Shown: piece by piece, positions 25,872 to 39,100 of the stretch | How positions within the stretch are numbered: position 1 is the first letter of the stretch | Layout of the letters: each line of letters opens with the position of its first letter | Source of the DNA: Haliotis rufescens | Lineage: Eukaryota | Length of the DNA: 64,000 nucleotides | NCBI RefSeq assembly: GCF_023055435.1 | Contig: NW_025964223.1 | Span: 44,206,001-44,270,000 of the forward strand | Direction: 5' to 3' | Program-made: the position numbers and the translations under genes | Notes under the pieces: model-generated | What the model saw: the letters and a program-made list of their open reading frames with translations, nothing else | What the model was told of the DNA's origin: nothing | The model's database searches: none

Positions 25872-27549
25872 CATTTAACATAAATTATGTTCCACTCCAC
25901 TCTCTATAATCTCTGTGTTTTTCCTGTTATATCTGTATAAGGTGATCATACATTACTGCCAAGAACAAGAGAGATTACACTGCTGTTTAGAAATCACAGT
26001 ATTCTGCATTGGAGCCGACCAGTAAATTTTCATCCCATTGCCATCTTTTAACGTCGTTTTGTATGACGCGGCAAGGTTATCGAACCACCGACCTTCCTTT
26101 CTCAGATTGTCACACTATTCAATAGCAATATCTGATGAAGTAGCACCACAGCGCTACAAGTGCAAGTTATATGCACATTATATTTGACTAATGGGAATGT
26201 GACAACTGATCAAGAGATATTGGACATAATATCGTTTGAATGATTACTCTTAAATGTTACGCTGCTTTGCTGCCAAAACGCATATTTCTATACTTGTGAG
26301 ATAATGAAACAGGAATCATCGTTGTGGTACAACAGATACATTATTTCGGTAATAAACGATACAGAAAGAAATTAGGCTCGGACTGTTGATATACACTATG
26401 TCAGCACTCGTCAAACCCAGAAGAAACCCTCGTCTCAGTCTCAGAAATGTGCTACTTTAATAGTGTCGTGTGTATATATTTTATATCAAAATCCACTATT
26501 TCGAGAACATTTGGTGGTGAACAATATCTTTAAAAACATTAGTACAGATTGACCGACTCTAGACCTTGACGGTAACATGTGTATGTTGCCAAAAGACCCA
26601 GACATAATACATTGAGCTTTAGGCTGTATGTTGTAAGACACGACCCATTTTACTCAAATCAAGGATCCGTAAGTGTTTGGCAACATGGTTTTGGATGCGG
26701 CGGTTCATAGATGTCAGTGTACTGTGTTTGAGTGGAATATCAATCCTGCGGCATGGTATGTCAGTGAGATAGAACTATAAATACCGACTTTAGTCCTGAC
26801 CGGTACAAGACTACACGCACGCACGCACGCACGCACGCATATTTTTTTTTAAACCAGTACCCTTTCTGGCTTACAATCTTCATTCCATTTTGAGATTTCA
26901 CTTTTTGATGAAATACAGTATACATATAAGGAGGTAAGAGGTACAAGGAAGATATCTATAAATAGATGTAAAATATATTGTATGACTAAGGGCCAATCAG
27001 AAATAGCGACATTCATTGTAAATGGTAAATTTGTGTAACCGGTCGATCGGTAGCAGCCGGTATAGCAACATCACAAGTAGAACTGATATTAAACGAAGAA
27101 CGGATGAGGGAATATGGTATCTGCCGATAGTACTGTCGCGGAATGAGGTGGCATGGTTTTGTGACAAAGCTAAACGTACGCTTCCGGTTCGCCACTTTCA
27201 GGACAGAGGAATACCAAGGAATCAGAGAACAGGATACAGAGAATTGCTCCCGGCCCCGTGCCACAAGGCCATCTTAACACCAAGGTGATCGAAACTCCCA
27301 TATTTTAGCATAGGCTTACTATAGTCGTAACGCTTTGCGCAACGGGGTAACAACAAGTTACGACACCAGAGGTTAAGATTCTGTTTAAACCTACTGTTCG
27401 GAATGGAGTTCCTGAAGAGAGCATTTCAAAAGCGCAATAATCGCTGTAAATCATCGACGCCAACGTTAGCCATTGACTGAACAACACCGGGCAGGGGTTC
27501 TCCGCCAATAACGTTTCGCTTTCTTGTTTGAAGATTAATGAAAGAAAAA

Positions 27550-27756
27550 GGTCTTTAAATAACCGAGTCTGGACCAGACAATCCAGTGATTGACATCATG
27601 AGCATCGATCCACGCAATTTGCACCGATGACATGTATCGACAAAGTCAGCAAGCCTGACCACCCGACCCCTTTAGACGCCTCATCCGACAAGCACAGTCG
27701 CCTTTTACGGCAAGTATGGGTTGATGACGACCTATTCCGGCCCGGATCTTCACTGG
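27550..27756 (-). mobile_element. SINE family D fragment
   Basis: Colinear with 54160-54360. Confidence 0.72.
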
Positions 27757-28623
27757 CCAAGATATGTTATAAAGCGGTTCCTTCAATATCAAGCCGTATA
27801 TCACTAAGACTTCGTATTTGGAAGTTTCACGAGGCATTTGATGAATATGTACCAAAGACCTCTGATCAGATTACAAATTGTTATATTCATCGTTATATTT
27901 TGGAAACTAGTATGCACTCTTGAGTCCCGTGGGGTTCAGTTCTCTATTCATTTTGATCTTCACAATCAATAATCCAGGTGATGACATATGTACGTCAACA
28001 ATCTGTCCACAAGGAACAAAGGCACTGTTGTTAACCTTAACACACATCTATTTCTGTACAGGACATAAACGACAAACGATCCATGATGATATTTTACATA
28101 TTTCATACAAAACATTTCAAAGCCTATAAAATGTTCAAAACTTTTCCATGTAAAAAAACCCTGATTGACAGTGTCATAGATTACAACAAAATGAAAGAAC
28201 AGAATAAATGCAATTAGAAGTCTGAATTATGACGATTTCATCATCGATTTGTTTATGTTCCTTGTTTAGAGGGGACTAACACAATATATATGTATGTTGA
28301 CCGTTGAACTACGATGAAACCCTCCTCTGTTACCATTTCTTTGCCAATAGATTGTGCATGTATTGCTTGTCAAAGGTTTATCAATCTCCGAAAAAGAAGT
28401 ATTGCGTTAATATCAACCCAAAGCACCCGGGTATTGATTTCATCCAGACATGAATATGTACATATATGTACAGTAAACCCAGAGGTAATTTGTGGCCAGC
28501 TATAACCTGGCAGGTAGAACGTCTATATTTTTTCTATATCTGTTATTTGAGGAATGAGCCTGGGACCATTTTGGGAAGATGTCTTTGCACGATAATAGAA
28601 AGCAAATTTAATCATGGCGACAA

Positions 28624-28735
28624 AGTGGTAAACGTCTGAGACCTGCATCACTTCGGGCTTTCCTCCCACATTAAGCTGACACGCCTTCATATAGCTCGAA
28701 TATTGTTCAAAGCGAAGTTAAATTCGACTCACTAA
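28624..28735 (+). mobile_element. SINE family A, 3' fragment
   Basis: aagtggtaaacgtctgagacctgcatcacttcgggctttcctcccacattaagctgacacgcc matches the 3' half of family A. Confidence 0.8.
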
Positions 28736-29162
28736 CTGGTCTCAGCAAGCGTCGAAACTAAAAACCCATACTAAGATGAAGAAGGGTAAAGTGCCCCCGT
28801 GCACATTCATTGAAGCGCCAGTAAAATAATAAATTCATCACGTTTTTGCTTTTTACGCCCATAGGAATCCGCAGATCGAGACTGGTTATGCTCTGGCGAG
28901 GCCGTTTTAATTTAACACCAGCTGCAGCATGGCTATGACATTGTATTACGAGAAATGAATCAAATACAGCGTCGCATAGTCTTTTATTACGTGAAATACG
29001 TACATCTAATCCTGTTGTTTAATCTTTTTTATTTCTAAACGGTATATTTATTGGTTTAAGTGATATTTTTGGATTATTATATGGATGCTTCAATCATCTG
29101 TCGGTTCAGTCTACTTTACATTTGTTACACTGCAAAGTGTCATTGTGTCCACTCTTCTGTTA

Positions 29163-29300
29163 GTGAGTGAGTGAGTATGGTTTTACGCCGCTTTTTTAGC
29201 AATATTCCAGCAATGTCTCGCCGGGGGACATCAGAAATGGGCTTCATACATTGTACCCATGTGGGCAATCGAACCTGGGCTTTCTGCGTGACGAGCGAAA
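29163..29300 (-). mobile_element. SINE family C, 5'-truncated
   Basis: (GAGT)n tail and body match the family. Confidence 0.82.
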
Positions 29301-29774
29301 GTCCCCTTTTCTGTTAAATATATAGCCTACAAAATATGCGGATATTATGATACTCATTGGTCCATTAAGGACATGCTGTAAACACAACACCAGATAGTCA
29401 CTTACATTGGAACCACGTTTACAGAACCTGACAGACAGACAAGCGATTTGTTGCCGGACATTACAGTTACGCTAGTGACCTGTTAGCTAATTGTTTGTTT
29501 GTTGTTTAACGCGGCACTCATCCATATTCCGGTATTTGACGGCGCCCTGTTAGTCTCTATCACAAACGACAGAGCATATACTAAGTATTCAATACACCAT
29601 CCACCCCAAGTTCTCTCTCACCCTTTCTCATCTTTGGCAGCCTAAACTTATTCCCCTCCAAGCCCTTGTATCCCCAGCTCCTGAAATCAAGATATGTGAA
29701 ATTTCATCTAATGCTCTTGATTTCCCCTGTGTAAATGAGCTTTACTTCACATTAGACATAACTTCAGTTCAGTA

Positions 29775-30070
29775 GGTGGTTCGATCCCCGTTCACGTCAT
29801 ATCAATAGACGTTAAACCATGGTACTTGTTGTTACCCTGCCTGGCGCTCTCTCGCTCGACAGGAAGGGGTAAATCAAAAGCTGATCGGCTTGGGGTCAGT
29901 TTACAATGTCTGAGTGGGATTTCCATGTTAAACGGTGGCATGGTATCTTGGTTGTCAAGCACTGTAAAAGCGGCATTACAAGTCCGGACTGGTACAAGCA
30001 GCCACACACACACGGGCGTGCACATATAAGTGTACTAACATGAACGCGACGTTAAACCATATTTCACCTC
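29775..30070 (+). mobile_element. SINE family B, diverged and 5'-truncated
   Basis: ggttcgatcccc...ggtacttgttgttaccctg...gtccggactggtacaagcagccacacacac...cgcgacgttaaac. Confidence 0.75.
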
Positions 30071-30512
30071 AAATCACTCATTTTTATTTTTACATCGAAA
30101 CCGGACATTCCTCCAGATAAAAGAGCGACGGATACAGAGGTAATAACGAACATCGATACGTATGTTAATCTGTATTCATTTTAAACTATTTTTTCAAGAA
30201 TTACAAATCACAATTTGAATTAAATATGATACAGAGCAAGGAAGTTTCGTGTACAACCAATAAAGTGCAATATGGGTTTTACACTTTAACGGGACGGCTG
30301 ATGAATGAATAGCCCCGAGTCTTCCTTTGTTATATCCCACTGGTGACAGTGGGACAGGGTAAGTGCACCTGTTCTCGTATTATCCCTATTTGATAGTAAT
30401 TCATAAACACAGTCATGCTAATGATAAGGTCGGAATCGTACAAGGATCTCTGCTTTCGGGAGATATTTCTAAATTAAATGATGATGGAACAATTTTCGTT
30501 TCATTTATTGCT

Positions 30513-30792
30513 GGGGACACGGGTGGCCCAGTCGTCTGAGGCGCCGCGATTCGCTGTGCAGAGTCGCGTCCCTTGGGCACGCCAGAAGCCTATGATTGTG
30601 GGTTCGAATCCCGATTCGCCCCGATTATGTTTCTAGGTTTGTCAGCATCATACCCGTGCTCGTGGGTTTCACCGAAGTGATAAACGTCTGAGACCTGCAT
30701 CACTTCGGGCTTTCCTCCCACATTAAGCTGACACGCCGTGATATAACTGGAATACTGTTAAAAGTGGCGTTAAACCCAACTCACTCACTCAC
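30513..30792 (+). mobile_element. SINE family A
   Basis: Full length; TSD tcatttattgct. Confidence 0.92.
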
Positions 30793-32630
30793 TCATTTAT
30801 TGCTATAACACACGGGCAACTAAAGTCTCGGTTGTGTAATGCATAATGTGCATTCTTGGGTCAAAGTCGTGGGTCACAGTTATTCATGTCCTCGCTGGAG
30901 AGCTGGAGAGTATCCGCGTCCACGCAGTACAAGAGTAGGGAAGTACGAGGAAACAACTTGCAAGCGGAGACAGCCTCCCTCATATCAGTACTCATTGTGT
31001 GGATACGATTAGCATGATGAAACCCGGACACAGAAATGACTTCGAAATTAATTCGATACACGTTTAATGGCCGTTTCCGGGTTACGATTTAATCATCACA
31101 TCATACACGCACGGAAGCATGACGCCCATGTGATACAATCATGTACACTCTTCCGCTTAAGCTGACGTGAGGGAAGAAAGATAATTCTATGTGTAATGCA
31201 GGCTATATCCTTCGTCGCAGTCTTCATTTCCTGAAGATATCTCATTTGTCCATATATTTAAGAATGTTTTCGTATGTGGATGAACATACTTGCCTTTTTT
31301 GTTATTGGTATGAGAAATGTACATGGGGATCTGGGGGTATGGGGACGGGTACTCGTCGGGAAGACGTAAACAAAATTTTAAAAGAAACTTCATTTTTGTC
31401 TCATATATGTTTAATGATATGCGTACATATAATAACTATATAATTATGAAAATATTTTTCAAGTATTCCTATCTGTAAATCATTACTCTAAACATGTTTA
31501 GGATACTCGTCATCAACCATTTGAGTGAGTCACGACCTACCCTAGGGCGCTTGCTCTCCTCGCCAAAGGGAGAAGGGCAGGGTACCATTCTAGCTGTAAC
31601 CGACCTATTTCAACCCATACATTTCGCTGCGGTGAAACGTTCACCCATTTCCGTAACGCGGGTCTGCCTGTTGAGAGGGACGGGGACAGGCGTACAGCAT
31701 ATCGCTATGCGGGAAACGTTGACCCGTTTCCGTGTAGGGAGATATTAACACTTTTGGACAGTGTGAATAATTGATGTGTCAGGCTACACGGGTAAACATA
31801 TTACCATTAGGGATGTAACTCTCGTAGAGAAGTATAACATCAACTAGTAGATATGCTTCAATATTCTTTGTGTCGTGTTGATCCTGTGGAGTATTATATA
31901 ATATTATATATGTTCGTGTCGTACGTTTTCTAATATTTCTAGCCTTACAAGTACATATGGGAGTGGGTTTTCCAACGCCGCTAGTGACAATAGTGCATGT
32001 TATAATGTATCAACGGGAACACAGCCCAGTGTAACAGAATGTGGATATTAAGTATATTTACGTTAAACCCATGGCCATGAGTATTGGATGTCGTATAAAG
32101 GTTTTAAACACATTAAAATTTAAACACATGAAAGGGGCAGGAATCTCATTAGATACACACGATATTCCTAAATATACGCGTTTGGAGCCTAAAATTGCTC
32201 AGAAACAAAACCCTTAGGAATCTGAAACATTGAGCTAATGCGTTGCAACACAGTGTGTTTCGGATTTGTTCTTGCTAGTAATATAAAAGATAATTTAAAA
32301 TCCAATTTGACTTTTGAAAACTTTAAGAACCAATTTTTAGAAACCACAAGGACAGAACAACATTGATGGATGGATGTCTAGTGGCTTAACGACAAGAATA
32401 ACCTTTCTCGATTATCCGCTGAAACAGTTTCCATTGGGCCTAAAAGGCAAAATAGTCGTGAGATGATATGAATGGATGACACCAGTGTTCGCGAAAAGAA
32501 AAAGCATGCCCTGCACTTACGTTTGCACCCGCCCTGTTGAGATGAAGTGAACATGTAGTATTTGCATCTCCAGGGGAACCACAAATCCATATATCCGTAT
32601 TCAAACTCGTATATCTATTATATAACAGAA

Positions 32631-32899
32631 GGGGGCACGGGTGGCCCAGTCGTCTAAGGCGCCATAATTAGCTGTGCGGAGTTACGCCCCTTTGGCACAC
32701 CAGAAACCTTTGGTTGTGGGTTCGAGTCCCGGTTCGCCCTCATTACGTTTTTATGTATAAATACCTGTGCTCGTGGGTTTCACCAAAGTGGTAAACCGCT
32801 GAGACATGCATCACTTCTGGGTTTCCTCTAACATTACATGCCGTGATATAACTGGAATACTGTTAAAAGCGTCGTTAACCCCAACTCACCCACTCATTC
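32631..32899 (+). mobile_element. SINE family A (diverged)
   Basis: Matches the family A head, body and tail. Confidence 0.85.
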
Positions 32900-34085
32900 A
32901 TAAGACAGAAACAGACGAAACGAAAGTGACACCTTTAGACACCTTCATACACGAATCATTGTTAGCCAGTATGACACCGGGTATTCGTGGGTCAACAAGC
33001 AACCAGGATGCCAGTACAAGCCCCCACCTGGTGGTATAGGCGACTATATGGATCGTGTGGTCAAGTTCTATGACTTGGCTCCTCTCGTGTCATCTTACAG
33101 TTGTGCACGGTTACTCAGAAAACTGTATGACTGTATTTCGAGATATGCTTTGGAGATTTGGATTTTGTGATGCTTGGCTTGTCCCAACATTAGAATAAGC
33201 AATTGTTTTGCGTGACGTTTAAGTAGCGAATTTGAGATATTGACAGGCAAAACTGGAATATGAACTTAAATATGCTGAGTAAGAAAAGGATGTGCATTTG
33301 AATCATTGACAATAAAAACATTGAAAAATATCGAATTTTATATACATTAAAAAATATGGAACCGCATTGACCCCTTTTAGATTGAGTTTCCACGGTCTAA
33401 TGATAGGACGAGCAGATAGGGACGACCCAAATGAGATTTCGTAGATAGGCTTTATCCCACTTGTGGCACATATATAGAGGATGAATTTGATGTATTGTTG
33501 GTCTACCCATTGCGAATTAAGTACAGGTCGACATAATAAAACTGGAATGATGTTGCGTGCGGCGTTAGACAGCAAACAAACACACAAACAATGAAATGCT
33601 TCCCTCTGTGCAATAACATTCGATAAAAAACTATCTAATCAGTGAATTTCACGTACCATAAGTATTCTATTTATTGCAACATGATTTTGCCATATATAGT
33701 AATAATTGGCAGTCACAATGCGCGTGATGATAAATGCGATGGCTTCCTTGTTTTGCGGCCTGTTATCAGCACATTTCAGACAGACTCGTTTCCTTGTGGC
33801 CAGTGTAGTATCTGATTCATTTGCACGACAATGTAATGTCTGGAGTCACGATTAGCATATCACAATCGTGTCCCGTTACAGCAACTTAGTAAGCCTTCCC
33901 CATACGAGTTTACTGAGAATGAATGTTAATAGTATTAGATACAGGCGTGAATACAACACTGGGTGTAGTTGTACACTATGGTGTAAAGCTTGATAAAGTG
34001 TAACATTGGTATGTGGTGGGCGTGAAGGAATCCCCTGCAGCAATAAGCATTACAGCAAAATACTGTAGATCTAGAGAATAAGCTC

Positions 34086-34243
34086 AGTGAGTGAATATGG
34101 TATTTCGTCGCTTTAAGCGATACTCCAGCAATATCACGGCGGGGGACACCAGAAATGGGCTCTACACATTGAACCCTAGTGGAGAATCGAACCCGGGGCG
34201 TGACGAGGGAACGCTTTAACCACTAGGCTACACCGAAGCCCCC
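34086..34243 (-). mobile_element. tRNA-derived SINE family C (~170 bp)
   Basis: Reverse complement of the family C consensus. Confidence 0.85.
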
Positions 34244-34270
34244 GAATAAGATTAGTTTAGATGGGGTAAG

Positions 34271-34439
34271 GGGCGGTCGGGTAGCCTAGTGGTTAAATCG
34301 TTCGCTCGTCACGCCGAAGACCCGGGTTCGATTCCCGACATGGGTACAATGTGTGAAGCCCATTTCTGGTGTCCACCGCCGTGATATTGCTGGAATATTG
34401 CTAAAAGCGGCGTAAAACCATACTCACTCACTCACTCAC
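34271..34439 (+). mobile_element. SINE family C
   Basis: GTAGCCTAGTGGTTAA A-box, GGTTCGATTCCC B-box, (CACT)n tail; TSD ttagatggggtaag. Confidence 0.93.
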
Positions 34440-34878
34440 TTAGATGGGGTAAGATTCTTGAGAATAACCAAGCCGCAAGGAATTGTCGATGCTGTGAATA
34501 CATGTATAAATGGGAGGGGCTTACATCAAGCACACATATATAACCTGAAGTAAGAATGACAAATACAGTTTTTGGTATGAATGCCCGACCTACAGTTTCT
34601 CCCACTGTGATGTAACCGTATCGTCATCATTTTGTAACGTCATGAACAATGGATGGCGATTCAACGATGTACAAATTATTATAGTCGATCTTTTAACCGT
34701 CACTTGTTTATCTTCGATGTACCGTTATATGTGGTGGAGTGGGTATGGTATACACTGTCTCGGTGGGGTATGAAGGTTAAAACTACGGAATGGTATCTCA
34801 ATGGGGAATCATTATATCACCAGCTTAAGTACGGATTAGTACAATCAGATACACACACACACATGCATGCACGAAGGT

Positions 34879-34913
<35 letters not shown>

Positions 34914-34923
34914 TATTATTATT
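34879..34923. repeat. (CAT)n(TAT)n microsatellite
   Basis: Direct inspection. Confidence 0.95.
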
Positions 34924-36181
34924 GTAAACGTACTCGATGTAATTAAGATATTTGTAAATCAGGCAAAACACTCTTTTTATATATCCAGTAGTGTTAAAAA
35001 ACATAATGTTTCAATGCCTCTGTTTGTAAGAGAAAACATTGGTTGAGAGTTTTAAAACCATCAGTGTCGTTACGGACAGATACCAAGTCTTCCCTCATTC
35101 AGTTTATTCTTGCTTAATACTACAGTGAAAAATACAAACTATCTCATATGTGTATATATTTTTTTCAAGGTGAACTGTATTTCAATGGTTATACCTATAT
35201 TAACAATCTTGCAAAGGTGACGAACCAAAACATTTCAATGTGGACCTATAAATCACGTGACTGCCACTGACGTCGAATATTGACTCGTCACGTGATCATT
35301 ATTGTCACGTGATGAATACTGATCCGTGCGCTTGAAAACAAGATGGCGTCTGATACTACAGTTTGCAGCTAGGTTACTGTGATGAAAGACTTACTGTTTA
35401 AAGACTTAATAAACTTTAAACACATGCTAGTATACGTGTATATGGCCTCGGTGACCTTATCCATAGCACATCCGGTGGTTACAACAACAATCTTAGGTAA
35501 TAGAGTCGTATCAGAAGTACCCGGATGAATCCCTTGAAAAAAGGCAAATTACCAGTTCCTTGTATGCAGTCACAGAGGTAATACCATAGGGTTCCAAATA
35601 TGTATCTGAAACTTTCGGGAAACGTTCTTCGCACATTTACTGCCCAGGGTCTGCTCTTTCCGCAAATCCCACACCGTTTGGGGTTTTCGATATTGGTCTT
35701 GCGGTATATGTAAGGGGATAGACCGATGGACAGTTAAAAATCACCGAAACGTTTGATGTTTTTCGCAACATTAAATAGGTATATATTGAAGTTGGAAAAC
35801 TTATTGAACGCCCCTCGTATCTAAATTGGTCGCAACGTTTCGACCACTATGCTACTTTCCGCACACACAAGAGTGAAGAATTGCGTAGATCGATGCTCAT
35901 GATGTCAATCATTGTCAGGACCAGACTTGAACATGTACAGACATCCGTCATGTGGCTGGAATATTGCTTAGTGCAGCTTTAAACAGCTTTGAACAATATG
36001 TCTGTTATATCACGTGTCAACGTGATGTGGGAGGAAAGCCCGAAGTGGCGCAGGTCCTAGACGACCCACATAAGAATGGGATTCGCAAGGTTGCATAATT
36101 AATGTGTCTACAGTCCTATGACTAATTCCAGTGTGACAAGGAACTGAAATAATGTTCAAAGCGGCGTTAAAAGCAACTTAC

Positions 36182-39100
36182 TCACTCTTTGCACATGGGC
36201 AAATCTGAACCAGGACTACTGGGTTTCCTCACAAGCGAACAAGCATCTAACTGTGTGTCATAGAACGTTGCCAAGGACTGGACAGACCTGGCTGGTGTTT
36301 TCAATATTGGCTTCTTTTTTATTTGCGGTTTCTCTTTGACAGTTTTAGCCTCCTTTCTGTCCCGGATGTGACGGGGGATGACAATGTCAGCAGCTTCATA
36401 TGCAGGTCCAACAGCAGTAGCCATAGAATACACTTGTTCAGCATCTTCAGTTTCCTTTACAGTTTCGGGATTACTGAAACATTTTTGAAATGGAACAGCC
36501 TTTTGTTTGTGCTCAGTCTCTCCTATGCGAGACAACGGTAGCGTCGGGATGTCATATATCTGAGACGTACTTTCCTGTGGCGGCATTATGGTACCTAATG
36601 CATACACGAGATGATTGTCATCCTGATTTAGTTCATCGCCAAGAGATAGGTTATCCTCTTGAAATTCTAATCTGATCCCGGCATTGTTAAAATAATAGTT
36701 TTCATCTGTATCAAAATCGGCTTTTTCTTCATCGGAACTGTCGTAGTTCACGTCAGTTTCTGATGGCTGTGTGGCATGACCAGGTCTTTGTATCGTGGCT
36801 ACGGAATAAATCTGTTGCGAGACCCTCGCAACGTCATATTCATTCCTCAATTGTGGTTGCACCTGTGCTGAACCAAGAATGTTGTACGTAGAACTTGCTG
36901 TCGTTGTAGATGGCAACACAGCTTCTTGACTTTTGGGAACGACAACCTCATATCGATGGTTGAGGACTTTAGGCTTAGGTTTGTGGTTCAGGTGGTTATA
37001 GCCATAGTTGGTATTGTCTTGGCTGGTATTCATCGTGTTGCTCGATTGGCGTCCTAAGGAGGAGGTATGATCATACACACCCGGGGCGTTACCAATGTGA
37101 TCATATCTGTCTGTCCTTCTCTGGCCAGATGTTGGCCCGTTACTCTCGCCTGGGTCTTCCACGCTTGCATAGGCGTAGGCGTCGGCGTCGTCAAGGTCGA
37201 GCTCCACGCCGTATTCGCTGTGATACCTAGCAACGGGATTCCTGTAGAGTGTGCGTCGTTTCGGCACCAGCCGCGGCAGTTTTAATCCTCTGAAAAAACA
37301 CATCGAATAGTTCACGTCTTATAATGGAGGTTGATTACAGAGATAGAAATCTCGTTTCGAAAAAGGACGATTCAAATATTTATCTCCGTAACAATGTTAC
37401 ATATTGTAAAGCTATTGTCCATTAACCAGTATTTTAATTCTATTAATGCGCTGGCGATACTGAACTTACACCATAGCAAGTAAAAATGACGCAAATATAG
37501 GTAATAATTATTTATCAAACATGGAACACTCCAGTCTGTTGATTTCACCATATTCTTATGATATCCCCATTAGGTACATGTATGTGGCTGCATTGAAAAA
37601 TACTTCAGATACAACAATAGGAACAATACGAATCTGTCACAGAATGGTGTGGAATACATATTGTAACATAATTAATAACTTTCCGAATTTTCGAATCAAA
37701 TGTGCATAATATCATTGCCCTTCTGTTATATATGTAAATGTCAAAGTGTAAAATGTGATTCATTTAGGAAATGTACAAAATGCCTAAATATTTCAGCCAC
37801 TTCACAGACAGACTGACATATCTTTGGACGTATTGACAAAAGTATATTAAGAGTTCAAAGGGCTTAAAACATCCCAATAGACTTATTATCCTAGGAACAG
37901 AAGCAGAACAAAAACATATACATTTAATTTGTGTTTCGTTTAATCCTATCATTTTCAGTCACTAGGTGAAAAAACATGTTTGGAATTCATTATCATAATA
38001 AAATAAATAGACAGATGTTTCAGTCAATTCGTATTTTGTAATAAATTTTGGAAATGTGAGTCATTTTATACACTGACTGTAACATATATAAGTGTAACAC
38101 AGTGGTCACCAGGGGACAAGGTTCTTGACTCATGAGGTTCCATTGTAATCCAAGTAGGTCATGCTTCTTTTAAGAGGCGACGTAAAATGTTTTTGCTTGT
38201 TTGTTTGTGTGTGTGTGTTGTTTAACGCCGCAATATTCAAGCTATATTCTTAATCTGATGGACAGGCTCTTTGGATAATAACCAGGATAATTATATGTCA
38301 TCGCACCCAGATGGATAGGATCAATGTCATGCATGCAGTGACGTCTATATCTCGTACAGGTTCGATTATCAATGTGGCACCGATATCTTGCTGTATTGCT
38401 CTGTGTGGCAACACACAACATTCACTCACTCACTATGGATACGTACCTGAACCACATGCAGTACATGAGTAGAACGACAACACACAACATTCACTCACTC
38501 ACTCACTATGGATAAGTACCTGAACCACATGCAGTACATGAGTAGAACGACAACACACAACATTCACTCACTCACTCACTATGGATACGTACCTGAACCA
38601 CATGCAGTACATGAGTAGAACGACAACACACAACATTCACTCACTCACTCACTATGGATACGTACCTGAACCACATGCAGTACATGAGTAGAACGACAAC
38701 ACACACCGCCGCAACGATTGCTACAGCGCCCTGGACGGCGGCTCCACCTGCAAATTAGAAAACGTTAAGTTACTTTTTAAATAATATATGCTCGACAATA
38801 TGTTTCTGTTTACTTTACAATGGAGGAAGTATCACGCAGAAAATGTAGTGATTTTACAATATATCAAAAACAAATTAAATTATTAAGCTGAAAGCAGTTA
38901 TGCGGTGTTTAAAGTCATCTTCCCGAGATATTAAAATAGAAAGGTAATTCGAACCAGATACGAACCAGATACTGGTTTCTCACATACGTGCTATGTGTAC
39001 AGCCCGTTTGTTATGACCTTTAGTCATGGTATTCACAAATTTGGGGTGCCGCGTCCGTGGTCTTGTGGTAGAGCGTCCGCCCGGAGAGCGGAAGGTCCGG

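Larger units (their letters stand above)
12..25900 (+). repeat. Tandem segmental triplication of a ~9 kb unit (unit 1 ~12-9434, unit 2 ~9435-18419, unit 3 ~18420-25900)
   Basis: Long colinear near-identity. The ORFs at 977, 9706 and 18691 recur, as do those at 4272, 13009 and 21989. TATA offsets are 8727 and 17708 bp. Homology of unit 3 ends shortly after its polyA signal. Confidence 0.97.

Noticed and set aside
34271-34345. tRNA gene (Asp-like, GTC) and other tRNA-like heads
   Set aside because: These are SINE heads followed by SINE body, tail and TSDs; the acceptor stem is not intact.
34653-34946. Poly-His ORF
   Set aside because: The His run comes from a (CAT)n microsatellite; no other coding evidence.
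38409-38705. CRISPR-like array
   Set aside because: Units are identical end to end with no unique spacers, there are no cas genes, and the context is eukaryotic.
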